Below, piece by piece: positions 23,474-33,029 of a stretch of DNA of 64,000 nucleotides (its first letter is position 1; each line of letters opens with the position of its first letter). The stretch spans positions 33,790,001 to 33,854,000 of the forward strand of contig CM126209.1 of assembly GCA_052327205.1 (NCBI GenBank), given 5' to 3'. The notes beneath the pieces are model-generated. The model had not been told where the DNA came from, ran no database searches, and saw only the letters and a list, made by a program, of their open reading frames with translations. The translations under genes were made by a program, and so were the position numbers. Source of the stretch: Somniosus microcephalus. Taxonomy: Eukaryota.

Positions 23474-26074
23474 ATGCCTAAGCATGGTAACATCAACAAC
23501 TTCGATTCCGAGGTGGAAGATTGGGCCACGTACGTAGAACGCATCGAGATATATTGTGAGGCCAGTAAAATAGCAGATGATAAAGCTCTCACCTTATTAA
23601 ACGCAATGGGGGCGAAGACATACGGGCTATTGAAGCATCTTCTATCACCAGCTAAACCGGCGGATCAGACTTTCGCTGATATTGTTGCTGTCCTGAAGGA
23701 TCATTTGAACCCCACACCGCTGATGTTGGCGGAACGATTCAAATTTTATGCGAGAACGCAACGGAAAGAGGAAAGCAACGCGGAATACTTGGTCGAACTG
23801 CGTAGACTAGCGAAATACTGCCAGTTTGGGGAAAAGCTGACAGAGGCATTGAGAGACAAGTTCGTGTGTGGGTTGTCGAAGGAAGGAACACAAAAGCGAC
23901 TGCTCGAAGAGAACGATCTTACACTTGACAAGGCTGTCCTTATTGCAGCATCACACGAAGCAGCCGCGAGAGGCACTGCGGAAATGCAGCTGAAGGCAGC
24001 GGTACTCAGCGTGGATCAAATGACTTCGGGTACAACAAAATGTTATCGTTGTGGGAAGACAACACACGACCAGAACCAATGCTGGTTTAAAAACCAGGAA
24101 TGTAGAAAATGTGGCAAGCTTGGTCACATAGCTAAAGTATGCTGGTCAGGAAAGAAGACCAACAACAGAAAAAAGTCACCGCAGGAAAAGTACAGCAAGG
24201 TACACAAGGTGGCTGAGAAGAGTTCAGGTGAACAGAATTCGGATTCAGACCCGAACGGCCAGGAACTGGGTAGTCTGAGAATTCACAATGTGAGTAAGGA
24301 AGCTGACCTACAAACTATCTGGGTCACACTAAAAGTAGCCGGAGTCCAAGTGAAAATGGAATTGGACACAGGATCAGCCCTATCAGTCATAAATCGAAGG
24401 GATTACAACCGGCTATTCTCACATATACCCTTGAGAGATACCAAGATCGTATTGCAGACATACACGGGGCATAAAGTATACCCCATGGGAAAGATACAAG
24501 TCAAGGTGAGAGACAGGGGCAAAGAACACCAAGGAATGGACTTATATGTACTACCTGAGGGAGGTCTACCACTTCTGGGACGGGAGTGGATCAGGGAAAT
24601 AAACATGGAATGGCACTACCTAAAAGCAATAACGAGTGAGAACTCGGTGAAGACAATCAGCTCAGACTCTGAAACGGATGACGACAAGACCAGCCCAGGT
24701 GCGAAAGATAAGTCTAAAATGGACTTGCTGACTAAGATTGGAAAAACGAAGGAGTGCATAAATACTGATGCTTCAAAGGAGAACAAAGTTTCAGAACAGA
24801 ATTCCACTGAACAACAACATAGTTTGGCAGAGAATTCTGAGTCTGTCCAGTTTACAGACATGCACAAGTCTGAGGAACACCGGGCTCGAACTCAACTCCA
24901 TTTCAAATTACAACAGCAATTAGAACAATTGAGTTGCCGTCTCGAGCAAGAGATAAAAGCAATGAAAACGTTCTTTGACACAGAGTGGGAGAATCTGGAA
25001 AGACAACAGAAACAGCTGAGGGAGAAAAGGGAGCAGGAGCACACAAACCGTCTGCGCAAGGAGGCCAAACGAATCAAAGCTGATTCGGTTTCTGAAGGTG
25101 CGTGCTCTAATCTGGTGGAGCAAGAGGTTCAGCAACTGAAGGTGCTTGTTAGCAGATTGCAGGCAGAAAAGGCTGAGTTGGTCGCCATGAATTCCGAGCT
25201 CCTACTGAAGTTGGGTGCAGCATCACCGGACGATTCATTTGTGGAAATTCGAATGGTGGAGGCTGCGGATGATGGCGAAGTAGAAACAGCAAAGGAGCCC
25301 CAGGGGGAGGTTATAAACAGCCCTGCAGCTACTGGGAAACGGATGAGGTCAGAAGAGTCAATGGTCAGCCAACTCCTTCATATGCTGAGGGACAAGACTC
25401 TGAAATGGGAACAATTTGGACATGAGTCTAAATCTTCAAAGGAGAGGGATTTGGAGCTCCCAAAAGTTATTGGAATAGCTGAGGTTGCAACACAGACTGA
25501 GAAGATGGCAGCAGAGCAAACCTTGGATGCCAAAAGTACGCTGATTCACGTCAATGTTGAACAACAGAATGCTGAAACAGCTGCTCCAGTAGAGGGATTG
25601 AATAATACAATCAATCAATCTCCCAATGAAGTTGAAGTATTGAAATCACGAATGAGGTCATTAGTAAAAGACTTGCAGGAAGCCCAGAAAAAGCTGGATG
25701 AAACTGAACGCATGAAGAAGTCTCTTCAGGAAAGATGTCTGGATTTGGAACAAAAGCTGGCTAACGTCCAGCTGGGTATGGAGGAAATAGAAGACCCTCT
25801 CGCTGGCTTAGCTCAGGACGACACCGAATATTACCATGACCTGTTGGACGACACCGAATATTACGATGACCTGCTCTGCCCAGCTTGTGATGAAAACTCC
25901 CAAAGTGCAGAAACCATGAAGAATCACCTAAAGTCTAAGGAACATCGGGAGATGGTGGCGCTACTACGGAAAAAGGAGGACGAGAAGGAGGAACGGTGCA
26001 TGCAGCTGGCAGCTGACAGTGGAGCCCAGAGAGTCTCCAAGAAGCAGAAAAGGAAAAGACGAAGCAGAAGATGA
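23474..26074 (+). CDS. Chimeric Gag-protease fused to STK10/SLK-like, optineurin-like and DNAJC21-like segments
   Basis: Uninterrupted frame. ATG 23474 aligns with element 1 MPK start. [33 protein letters not shown], then EEHR...[14 protein letters not shown]...[25 protein letters not shown]...DSFVEIRM...VSQLL...LQEA...MKKSLQE, and [10 protein letters not shown]...[17 protein letters not shown]. Confidence 0.9.
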   Translation: MPKHGNINNFDSEVEDWATYVERIEIYCEASKIADDKALTLLNAMGAKTYGLLKHLLSPAKPADQTFADIVAVLKDHLNPTPLMLAERFKFYARTQRKEESNAEYLVELRRLAKYCQFGEKLTEALRDKFVCGLSKEGTQKRLLEENDLTLDKAVLIAASHEAAARGTAEMQLKAAVLSVDQMTSGTTKCYRCGKTTHDQNQCWFKNQECRKCGKLGHIAKVCWSGKKTNNRKKSPQEKYSKVHKVAEKSSGEQNSDSDPNGQELGSLRIHNVSKEADLQTIWVTLKVAGVQVKMELDTGSALSVINRRDYNRLFSHIPLRDTKIVLQTYTGHKVYPMGKIQVKVRDRGKEHQGMDLYVLPEGGLPLLGREWIREINMEWHYLKAITSENSVKTISSDSETDDDKTSPGAKDKSKMDLLTKIGKTKECINTDASKENKVSEQNSTEQQHSLAENSESVQFTDMHKSEEHRARTQLHFKLQQQLEQLSCRLEQEIKAMKTFFDTEWENLERQQKQLREKREQEHTNRLRKEAKRIKADSVSEGACSNLVEQEVQQLKVLVSRLQAEKAELVAMNSELLLKLGAASPDDSFVEIRMVEAADDGEVETAKEPQGEVINSPAATGKRMRSEESMVSQLLHMLRDKTLKWEQFGHESKSSKERDLELPKVIGIAEVATQTEKMAAEQTLDAKSTLIHVNVEQQNAETAAPVEGLNNTINQSPNEVEVLKSRMRSLVKDLQEAQKKLDETERMKKSLQERCLDLEQKLANVQLGMEEIEDPLAGLAQDDTEYYHDLLDDTEYYDDLLCPACDENSQSAETMKNHLKSKEHREMVALLRKKEDEKEERCMQLAADSGAQRVSKKQKRKRRSRR

Positions 26075-26284
26075 TGACCATCTGAACCATTATCACCTCT
26101 ACCAGGTCACGCATGTGGTCTCTCCGTACGGAGCCAAACCAGTTTGGAAGTAGAAAAACTTCCCAAGGTACTCAAGCTTTTAAAAGTCAACAATGCTGGT
26201 TCAGAAGTGACGGAAGTTCAAGCTGTTAAGTCCAGTGAAGGACTATTGGATGAGTCACTCCAGCAACGTGAACCGACTACACCG

Positions 26285-26393
26285 AGACTGAATCTGTGAA
26301 CTGTTTTCCGCAGAGACTGAATCTGTGAACTGTTTCCCGCAGAGACTGAATCTGTGAACTGTTTCCGCAGAGACTACATCTGTGAACTGTTTT
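26285..26393 (+). repeat. Four copies of a 28-29-bp repeat containing the pol terminal codons
   Basis: AGACTGAATCTGTGAACTGTTTTCCGCAG. Across units it reads CCG CAG AGA CTG AAT CTG TGA (PQRLNL*). Confidence 0.9.
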
Positions 26394-26447
26394 TACATGA
26401 AGTTGGATATATGTTATGTTTAATGGGGAATAAGTAGGTTGTAAGCT

Positions 26448-26459
26448 AAAAAGGGAGGA
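26448..26459 (+). promoter_or_regulatory. Polypurine tract, element 2
   Basis: AAAAAGGGAGGA directly before the 3' LTR. Confidence 0.9.
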
Positions 26460-26460
26460 T

Positions 26461-26716
26461 TGTAGTGTATGTAACCGTTCTACCTTTAAGAGAACTATTG
26501 TATGTAACCGTCCACCTTTAAGAGAACTATTTTAGGTGTTGCACTACTTTATCTTGGCTGCTGTATACTGTAATACCGGGAGTGACCACACCGGTATATA
26601 AGTGCTGTGTAAGGATTTATTGGGCAGATTCGCCCTGACCTTCGAATAGTAAAGTCCTGTTAAAGTTACTCTTGTAGTCTGTGTATTAATTCACCATATA
26701 ACCCACAGACTTTACA
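26461..26716 (+). repeat. Element 2 3' LTR
   Basis: Direct repeat of 22176-22431, followed by GACCC. Confidence 0.96.
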
Positions 26717-27734
26717 GACCCCGATGCCCGGACTCGCTCCCTTCGCACGCAAACTGCCCCATCCCTGCAGTTACCTTAGGACCAGAGACCACCCAACTAT
26801 CCGCCACTCCCACCAAGGTCCCAGCCATGCAAGTCAGAAAGTCGGCCAGCAGCATGTTAACAAGGCTCAACTTTTAAAATTAGCCGCTCCTGGATGGTCT
26901 AGCCGTTCGCTAGCCCGCCTTCCCATCCAGGAGTTAAAATTCCCACCTGCATGTCTTTACAAAATATTCTGATGTTATGATCAGGCATAGCATTGCACAA
27001 TCTAAGAGCCAATCATTTTATGCAATCACTCACATTCTTATATGGCACAATCTATAAAAGTGTTTTTCAGCCTTTTCAAACTGAGAATTCACAATGTAAT
27101 GTTGGATAGGTTTTTATCCTCGGTAGGGACGTTCTGTGAAGCATTAGATGGAAGTTCAGTGCAGATTTAGTATGTGATTCTACATGGGAACTGATGCAGC
27201 CTGTCACATATGGAATGATGGCCTCTGATGATACTTGAACCCACAACCAATGAGGTGTGAGACAAATACTTCGCCACAGTGGCACCAGATTGCCTATTAA
27301 AGCAAGATTTTTTTTGTTTTAGGAAATAAGCTGTGGCATTATATTACTCTAAACTGTGGTTTTCAATAAAGGACAACATATTTATATCTAATATACTGCC
27401 ATAAATTCTGTTTATAATTAACATTCACATAGCAAAGACAATATGGTTTTGATTTATCCGGAGCAGATTATTTTACTCTGGCACTCTAATGAATACTTAT
27501 TGTTGGTCTGCTTCTGGTGGCCGTATGTGCCACATAATCAAACTCCCTGCAATGATTTTAACTGTCAGGATTACTAGCTTGCATTCATTTATCACGGGTT
27601 GTCTTTTTCAGGTTAGAAAATCATTTGTAGCCTCTTCATAGTTTCCGCATGTTGCAATTAAATCTTCCGAATTGCTAATAGATCTATTAGTGCACAAAGA
27701 GTCATCAGGTCTCTGTGCCCAGTGAAAAGCAAGA

Positions 27735-27975
27735 ATAAACTTGCATTTAGAAAGCGCCTTTCATAAGCTCAGGACATCCCAAAGAGCTTCACAGCCAATG
27801 AAGTAATTATTTTTTGGAAGTATAGTCACTATTGTTTTGCAGGCAAACTTGGCAGCTAATTTGCACACAGCTAAGTCCCACAGATAGCAATGAGATAAAT
27901 GACCAGATTATCTGTTTTGCTGATCTTGGTTGAGGGATAAATGTTGGCCAGGACACAGAGGAGAGTTTCTCTGCT
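27735..27975 (-). mobile_element. SacSINE1-type SINE 3' fragment
   Basis: Reverse complement resembles 20870-21090. Confidence 0.75.
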
Positions 27976-28310
27976 TTTGTGTGTGCTGGAAGTAGTTCTC
28001 TTGTTTTGTTAACTTTGGCAGCAACTTTGCAGGGTAAATGCAAGCAGTATGGCCACTGCAGATGCCTTAGGTCTCCAGAGGCAATAGCAGTAGAGCAGCA
28101 AAGCAAACACTGCTGCCAGTTGGCATTTCTTCTAACTGTGGGTGGACACACAGCAGCATTGCAGTAGCCTACCTTTAGCCTGTGCAGAGGTTCCCTGGCC
28201 ATTAGTGAAGGTCAAGTGGCCAGAAGTGAAATCAAGCTGTGCATATACATTTGGCTCCCTTTTGCCACAAGTGCCAGCAAATCAATGTGAATTCCATGGC
28301 ACTGGTGCCC

Positions 28311-28690
28311 AACAACAACATCTTGTATTTATATAATGCCTTTAAAAGAGCAAACTATCTCGAGATGTTTGGGGATCAGGAGGGGTACTAGGAGAGATGG
28401 CTGAAGGTACTCTCAAAAAGATAGGTTTTAAAGGAGGATTCAAAAGTTGGGAGGAACACAGCAAGCTGAAGAGATTTAGGGAGAGAGTTCCAGAGTGTGG
28501 AGGCCAGATGGCTGAAACATCTGTTACTGATGATCGAATGATGACATAACCTGCAGTAAACCAACATTGGAAGAGCAGACTCTATGGGTAGGAACATGGG
28601 ACTCACGGAAGTTTGCAGGAAAGGGCGAGGGTGGATTTGAAGAGGAGGATGAGGATTTTGAAGTCAAAAGGCTTTTTAGAAACCTATCAA
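28311..28690 (-). mobile_element. Degraded L2 3' end
   Basis: AACAACAACATCTTGTATTTATATA tail. Minus-strand translation STLWNSLPKSL...FKTYLF. Confidence 0.7.
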
Positions 28691-29539
28691 ATTGAGCGGC
28701 ATAAAGCAGTCTCAAATGACCACATCGTGGACTGTTCCCCATGGGATCAACAGACAAGAACAACTTTTATTTAGTACAAAATTGCGATTAAATTTAATCA
28801 GCAAACAACATTAATGAAAAACAGCTTTATTAAACTTTTATCCAACAAACAGCAGAAAATTTTTCATTCAACAGGCTTATATGATGTTTTTTGAAGCTTT
28901 TTGGGGCCTGCTATTGGCTATACCACTTCGGAGGTCCTGATTCGTCAATATGCTCACTGCAGCGTATTGAAATTACTATTCCAGGAAATTTTGGCGTAAG
29001 CTCACAGTAGAAAGATTAGCACGCATACCAGTGCAAGTTATGGTGTACGTCAGGAAATTCTGCACCAATAACATTTTATTTAGAGAAAGCACTGTTAGCA
29101 CAAACTTTGCCTACAAAATCAGTTTTCAGGCGGGAATGGGACAGTACTGCAGAACTTATCATCCTGTTCCCGCCATTGTTCTGCCTGCCACTATTTTGAT
29201 TGGAACCTTCAGGTAGCAGCCGAGGTTGCTTCAGGAAACAGATGGGATCCTCCTTGTACAATGCAACTCTGAGCCCTACAACATCATAGTAGTACTAGAG
29301 GTAGTGCGACCTAACCTTAAAGGGATTACTGGAAGCGGCTCCATAAGCAGAACGGGTAGGTTCTTGAGCAATTATTTTGCTCCTTCTGGCCCAATGTTCA
29401 ACCATCTGTGGGCCTCTGCCATGATTGTCTTCCCTCCCTTAACTTCAACCGACATCTTGGCTCCATGGAGGGGCTGCCAGATTTCCTGTCCCAGCCCTCA
29501 ATCAGTTTTTACTTTCAAAATTTTAAATTCACTTTTCAC

Positions 29540-29680
29540 ATACATGTGATTTCAGATGGCTAAGTAAGGAGATTGTTCAGGGTTATCAGGAAAGAGCAGT
29601 GCAGTGTGATCTGTTTTGGATTGCTGCTGCAAATTGCTGGCACGGGCGATGGCCAAATGGCCGCCTTCTGTGCTGTAAAC
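29540..29680 (+). mobile_element. CR1 3' end fragment
   Basis: GATGGCCAAATGGCCGCCTTCTGTGCTGTAA tail. Confidence 0.55.
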
Positions 29681-30114
29681 CTCCAACTGGCTGTGAATAT
29701 AATATTGAAGTCTAACCATCAAAATGGTTCAGGTCACCGGCTGTTTTCATAAGGTGGTGGGGGGGCAGTTGCGGTTGGTGGTTTATAGGCTTGCTCCGTC
29801 CACCTCTCACCCGATGGAAAAAATCACTTCAAAATCAGTCCCCCAGAGCCTACACTGGCACACAAACATATCACTTGGTTACAGAAAGAAAGAGAAAGCA
29901 TGCCACTGAATACTGGGTGCTTCTAAACTGGGATCCTAAAAACTACAAGCATTTATAATCTGTACAGTTCTCTCATCAAGCAACAGTTACATTTTGATTA
30001 AACTGAGGCTCCATTTACTGAACAATTACACTTTGTGGCCTTAAAAGGACACAGATCCACCTTAGCAGAATACAATGCGCATTGCACAGTAGAACACCAC
30101 AATCGGAGTCCTGT

Positions 30115-30545
30115 CATCGTATGATGTCTCACACTCTGCCCTGCCACAAGGCTACATGTTTGGCCTCATCATTGTATTTGGCAAGGTCAGTAGCATTATA
30201 GGACTCGGACATGGGTCGGCAGTGGAGCAGATGGTCCATCATTTGCAACTCACCGCCACAGTCGGACATCACTGGGTTACTGTTAATATTACCCCATTCC
30301 CACACCATTACTTTTGAATGACAAGTACCAGTGCGTAAGTGATTGAGGCATTGCCAGATTGGCCATGGTTCATAAGCTCCAGCTGGGAGATACTGATCAG
30401 GTCGGAAATCCAGATGACATGGGTTATCCTGATGATGTGTTCTCTAGACGTTAATTCTTCACGGTTTCACATTGCAAGGAAACTACATCACAACTTAAGC
30501 AGAATGGTGCTGGAATAATGGATGGCGAGGTCGGTTTCTTTTGGC
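30115..30545 (-). mobile_element. Vingi/Ingi-like LINE 3' end
   Basis: Minus strand reads WQCLNHLRTG...W.WG...DCGGELQMMDHLLHC...DLA...W*, matching the LNRLRTG/CDCG/TMDH C-terminus of Vingi-type ORFs. Confidence 0.6.
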
Positions 30546-30630
30546 TCTGGCTAAAAAAGTGTAAGAAATTAAAGCAATAATATCACTGCTAAGAATAAAT
30601 ATTCAGAACACCATCTGTTTTAAAATGACA

Positions 30631-31435
30631 CATAGAATCATTGAATGATACAGCACAGGAGGCCATTCGGCCCATTGTGCCTGTGCCGGCTCTTTGGTAG
30701 AGCTACAGGAAACTTTTTTTAATCCGGGACAGACGTGGTGCCGGTTCATCAAAAATTCCGGATAACCGAAAGCTTATAGTAAAAGATACGGAGCTGAGAG
30801 CTCCATATAAAGCAACAAACCCTGTTGCTTAGCAACAGGTTCAGAACAATGGCCACAAGTTCCAAGCGTCTCTGTAGCTTAGCAACAGCTGCAGCCACAC
30901 CCTTGCACAGCAACAGATCGAGGAAGGCAAGTACAATATGAAGTAAAACTTACCTGAACCTACTCCTGAATTTTGCTGGTTAACCGAGATTTCCAGTTAT
31001 TTAGGTGCCGGTAAATCGAAAGTTTCCTGTATCTAATTAATCCCACTCCCCCGCTCTTTTCCCATAGCCCTGTAAATTTTTTCCCTTCTAGTATTTATCC
31101 AATTCCCTTTTGAAAGTTACTATTGAATCTGCTTCCACCGTCCTTTCAGGCAGCGCATTCCAGATCACAACAGCTCACTACTTTAAAAAATGTTTCCTCA
31201 TGTCGCCTCTGGTTCTTTTGACAATCGCCTTAAATCTGTGTCCTCTGGTTACTGACCCTTCTGCCACTGGAAACAATTTCTCCCTATTTACTCCATCAAG
31301 ACCCTTCATGATTTTGAACACCTATCAAATCTCCTCTTAACCTTCTCTGCTCCAAGGAGAACAACCCTAGCTTTTCCAGCCTCTCCACATAACTGAAGTG
31401 CCTCATCCTTGGTACCATTCTAGTAAATTTCCATA
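30631..31435 (-). mobile_element. CR1 LINE 3' end interrupted by a MITE
   Basis: CATAGAATC...GGCCATTCGGCCC tail. Continues after 31031 to CTTAACCTTCTCTGCTCCAAGGAGAACAACCC. Confidence 0.85.
30706..31029. mobile_element. Tc1/mariner-pogo (Tigger-like) MITE
   Basis: TIRs CAGGAAACTTT and AAAGTTTCCTG with a TA duplication. Removing it restores the CR1 sequence. Confidence 0.82.
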
Positions 31436-32009
31436 GCGTTCTCACCTGTTCTGTGTCTCAGAATTCTCTGATCTATATCCCATTACCACAGCCATCCTTG
31501 GCTGTTCTTTTCATAACATACATTAATTCAGTGGGAATTTGAAATTAGCTGGGAGCACCGTAATATTGTACACACGGGTTGGCACCTTTACCTCTTCCTG
31601 AATTATTTGCTTACACATTCGTTTGGTTTTCCACTAAAATAAATTTCTGGTGGGACCCATTAAGCATTCCGTTGCACAGTGCAAATCACTGATTTCAATG
31701 ACGTGACTCTCACAATTTCTGTGCAATTCATTACAGTAATGCAAAAACAGGGGAGTCAAATGGTCAAGTCATAAGAAAGGCATCACAAATGCAGAGTCCT
31801 CCCTATCAGTTATTTTCCCCTGATCTATATTCTATTAGGATTGTGCCAAAGCTTATAAACAAAGAGGCCCAAGGGGATGATCGTGGAAAATATCCCATCT
31901 TCTTCCACATCTGATCTGGCAATTAGTTTAAGGCAACAGATATCATTCTTTCACCTTAAGATGGCCCGTCTATTGGAGCTGAACATCTCTGCAACAAGTT
32001 TCCAGTGTA

Positions 32010-32166
32010 TTCAGATAGATTTTTGAACTCTAGGGGAATCAAGGGATATGGGGATTGGGCGGGAAAGTGGAGTTGAGGTTGAAGATCAGCCATGATCTTA
32101 CTGAATGGCAGAGCAGGCTCGAGGGGCCGTGTGGCCTAGCCCTGCTCCTAATTCTTATGTTCTTAT
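32010..32166 (+). mobile_element. CR1 3' end fragment
   Basis: GATAGATTTTTG...GAATGGCAGAGCAGGCTCGAGGGGCC...TTCTTATGTTCTTA. Confidence 0.8.
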
Positions 32167-33029
32167 ATGCCAAGCCCTGAAGCACACACCAGTCAACAGA
32201 GTGGGCGACACTTGTAGAAGATTAAATCAATTACTATGTTCAAATAAAAACCAAGGTACCTAACTGAAGGCCAAGTGTACTTCAGAACAGCAAGGTGCCA
32301 AGAACTTTCTAGGTTTAAAGGCATTTTTAGCAACGTTTTTACACATCAGAGTGCTCTCTCTCTGCTTCTCCCCCCCCCACCCCCACCCCGTCTCGCTCCA
32401 AGAGGAAATGCATACTTCTTGACCCTGCTGATATTTCTAACTTGGAAAAACCCAGGTTTGGAATCAGCTTCCTTCCCAGATCCATAACGTACAATATTTC
32501 ACCAAGTCCCTCTCCTCGAGACATTCAGCATACCTAGAATATCTGTCCTTGGCTGGAAACAGCAAGTTGCACACTTTGCAATACTACTTTTTAAAAAAAG
32601 GTTCCAACATTCTGTGGGAGCTATAGGCCCATTGAATGGACCGTTAGAATTTGCAGGATATTAGCTAAATGTTGGCAAAGCAACTAAATTACATAATAGA
32701 TTCTCTGATTTGTTTAGGTCAGTCAGGCTTCATGAGAAAAAAAGGTGTTAGGCAATATATGAGAAGTGCTTAATTTTAAATATTGTAACTCAGTATTTTC
32801 ACAATGGTTTTTGTTGGATGTGAAGAAGGTTTTGTCATCATGGTGGTGTGGAACAATCTCATTATAGACAATAATTTGGATAACAAACTCTTTGGTTTCC
32901 ATCATTCCATTCAGAACCCCCTCAATTTTTTTTAAATTTTTTATAAAAAGGTCACAGATGGATTATTTTCCAGCCTATACTGGATGGGGAAAAAAGTTGG
33001 CATAAAACTGAAGGGAATCCCCACACACA

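Larger units (their letters stand above)
22176..26716 (+). mobile_element. Non-autonomous Mag-like LTR retroelement carrying captured host sequences (element 2)
   Basis: 256-bp LTRs, TSD GACCC, PBS TGGCGACG, PPT AAAAAGGGAGGA. Gag-PR is homologous to element 1. No RT, RH or IN motifs. Confidence 0.96.
22080..26947. mobile_element. ~320-bp MITE with perfect 18-bp TIRs, split by element 2
   Basis: GGTGGGAATTTTAACTCC (22080-22097) and GGAGTTAAAATTCCCACC (26930-26947). Confidence 0.8.

Noticed and set aside
22912-23592. Antisense 226-aa and 165-aa ORFs in the element 2 leader, and similar ones at 14897-15884
   Set aside because: Shadow ORFs of GC-rich leader and gag sequence with no recognisable motifs.
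25110-26071. Genuine OPTN or DNAJC21 loci
   Set aside because: Partial, intronless, fused to Gag and bounded by LTRs with a TSD, so no gene symbol was assigned.
24634-26074. Element 2 C-terminal region as an env gene
   Set aside because: No signal peptide or transmembrane segment. It is hydrophilic coiled coil matching cytosolic host proteins.
28930-29500. Possible DNA transposon remnant
   Set aside because: No TIR pair or TSD could be delimited.
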